From: Nannocystis bainbridge
Lineage (GTDB): Bacteria > Myxococcota_A > Polyangia > Nannocystales > Nannocystaceae
Direction of reading: 5' to 3'
Assembly (NCBI RefSeq): GCF_028368995.1
Contig: NZ_JAQNDL010000001.1
Span: 224,001-288,000 of the forward strand
DNA length: 64,000 nt
Both the position numbers and the translations under genes were made by a program. The notes below the pieces were generated by a model. It was not told the origin of the DNA, searched no databases, and worked only from the letters and a program-made list of their open reading frames with translations. Shown here piece by piece: positions 62,312 to 64,000 of this stretch (positions are counted from its first letter, which is position 1; every line of letters begins with the position of its first letter).

Positions 62312-63516
62312 ACGCCGTCGTCCTCATCGACACCCTGCTGCTCCTGCTCGTCACCGCCACCGCGGTGGCGATCATCGAGGTCCGCAGCCTGTACGCCTCC
62401 GCGATCCTCACCGGCATCTACAGCCTCTTGATGGCGCTGGTGTGGGTCAACATGCACTCGATGGACGTCTCGTTCACCGAGGCGGCCGTCGGCGGCGGCA
62501 TCTCGACGATCCTCCTGATCGGCACGCTGGTCCACGTCGGCCGCGAAGAGAAGCCGATCAAGAAGCGGCTGCACGTCCCGGCCCTGATCTTCACCGCCCT
62601 GACCGGCGCCGCGCTGATCTACGGCACCCTCGACATGCCGCGCTTCGGCGACCCGGCGGCGCCGATCCACCACTACCGCGTGCCGGAGATGATGGCCCAG
62701 ACCGTCGGCTTCGTGAACGGCACGCCCGGCAAGCAGAAGCCGCCCGAGGGCTTCGACCTCGACCGCTACCGCCGGTTCGACGGCCGCGTCACCGGGCCCA
62801 TCCCGGACGACCCCAAGGACACCGCCTGGCGCGAGAAGTCGATCCTGCAGACCGAGGGCCTGATGGTCCCGCAGGTGCGCGCGGCGCATGAACCTCATGC
62901 GGAAGAGGGCCACCACCTCCACCCGCCCGACGACTTCAACGGCCACGTCCCGAACTCGGTCACCTCGCTGCTCGCGGCCTACCGCGGCTACGACACCATG
63001 TTCGAGACCACGGTCATCTTCACCGCCGGCATCAGCCTGATCCTGCTGCTGCGACGGCCGCGGCGCGAGGGCTACCTGCAGCCCGGCGCGGCGCTGAGCG
63101 ACCAGGTCATCCTCCGCGTCGTCACCAAGCTGTCGATCCCCTTCATCCTGATCTTCGGCTTCTACGTCATCACCCACGGCGAGCTCGGCCCCGGCGGCGG
63201 CTTCCAGGGCGGCGTGGTGCTGGCGACCGCGTTCATCCTGTACGCGCTGATCTTCGGCCGCGCCGCGCTCTACCGCGTGGTCCCGCCGCCGGTCAGCGAC
63301 ATCCTCACCGGCGTCGGCGTGCTGATCTACAGCGGCACGGGCGCCGCCTGCATGCTGCTCGGCGGCAAGTTCCTCGACTACTCGATGCTGAACCCGGCGG
63401 TGCCCGGCGACGGCGAGTCGCTGGGCATGACCCTCGTCGAGTACGGCGTCGGCCTCACCGTCAGCATGGTCATGCTCACGATCTTCAATCAGCTCGCGGA
63501 GGAGCGCTCCACGTGA
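62308..63516 (+). CDS. mrpB: Na+/H+ antiporter subunit B, fused DUF4040 plus MnhB domains
   Basis: DVSFTEAAVGGG, NSVTSLLAAYRGYDTMFE, HGELGPGGGFQGG. Confidence 0.85.
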   Translation: MNAVVLIDTLLLLLVTATAVAIIEVRSLYASAILTGIYSLLMALVWVNMHSMDVSFTEAAVGGGISTILLIGTLVHVGREEKPIKKRLHVPALIFTALTGAALIYGTLDMPRFGDPAAPIHHYRVPEMMAQTVGFVNGTPGKQKPPEGFDLDRYRRFDGRVTGPIPDDPKDTAWREKSILQTEGLMVPQVRAAHEPHAEEGHHLHPPDDFNGHVPNSVTSLLAAYRGYDTMFETTVIFTAGISLILLLRRPRREGYLQPGAALSDQVILRVVTKLSIPFILIFGFYVITHGELGPGGGFQGGVVLATAFILYALIFGRAALYRVVPPPVSDILTGVGVLIYSGTGAACMLLGGKFLDYSMLNPAVPGDGESLGMTLVEYGVGLTVSMVMLTIFNQLAEERST

Positions 63517-63971
63517 CCGGTGCCCTCGGGATCTACAACTACTGGATCTACGTCCTGTTGATGATGATCGGGCTCTACGGCGTCATCGCCAAGCCCAACC
63601 TGATCAAGCAGGCGATCGCGCTGGGCCTGTTCCAGACGGGGATCTTCCTCTACTACATCTCGATGGCGGTGGTCGACGGCGGCACCGCGCCGGTGTGGAC
63701 CACCATCCTCGACGGGGCCCAGAAGTACGAGGGCCCCTACGACAACCCGCTGCCGCACGTCCTGATCCTGACGGCCATCGTCGTCAGCGTCAGCGTCCTC
63801 GCGGTCGCGCTGGCGCTCATCATCAACATCAAGCGCGCCTACGGCACCATCGAGTACGACGAGATCGAGGCGATGGACCAGGCCGACAAGCGCGCCGACT
63901 ACCAGCGCGGCCAGGTCACCGACGCCGCCGACGACGTCGAGCACCGGCAAGAGGGGCATCACCATGCTTGA
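63513..63971 (+). CDS. mrpC: Na+/H+ antiporter subunit C
   Basis: GLYG, NLIK, NPLPHVLILTAIVV, YGT. Confidence 0.9.
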   Translation: MTGALGIYNYWIYVLLMMIGLYGVIAKPNLIKQAIALGLFQTGIFLYYISMAVVDGGTAPVWTTILDGAQKYEGPYDNPLPHVLILTAIVVSVSVLAVALALIINIKRAYGTIEYDEIEAMDQADKRADYQRGQVTDAADDVEHRQEGHHHA

Positions 63972-64000
63972 TGCGTTCGAGATCGTCCCCAACCTCCCGG
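63964..64000 (+). CDS. Probable start of MrpD (truncated by the window end)
   Basis: ATG at 63964 overlapping the mrpC end (MLDAFEIVPNLP); assigned from gene order only. Confidence 0.4.
   Translation, partial: MLDAFEIVPNLP

Overview
Very GC-rich (about 72-73% by eye) bacterial chromosome segment with myxobacterial character (Ser/Thr kinase-FGE fusion, many secreted lipoproteins, long HPF), most like Nannocystis or a relative; the taxon is an inference. It carries housekeeping genes (rseP, tsaB, cca, polA, pyrG, biotin carboxylase, rpoZ, fabH, kptA, mutS2), an rpoN-hpf-hprK-rapZ-EIIA-HPr-ptsI cluster, a cobalamin-riboswitch-controlled B12 uptake operon, two SppA proteases with extra N-terminal barrel-like domains flanking an M16 peptidase, and the start of an mrpEFGBC(D) antiporter operon. 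The most striking unexplained signal is a 14-bp palindrome, TGTCC-N4-GGACA. It occurs as at least 10 perfect copies and several dozen near-perfect ones. It forms head-to-tail arrays with an exact 14-bp period (up to 6 units), mostly between convergent genes, and is also written into coding sequences with otherwise rare A/T-ending codons. This points to an undescribed DNA- or RNA-level signal system. Separately, pyrG abuts rpoN without the kds/lpt LPS genes that usually sit between them in related bacteria. No CRISPR array, rRNA, tRNA or transposase was seen. Start codons were chosen by eye and all motif counts are manual.
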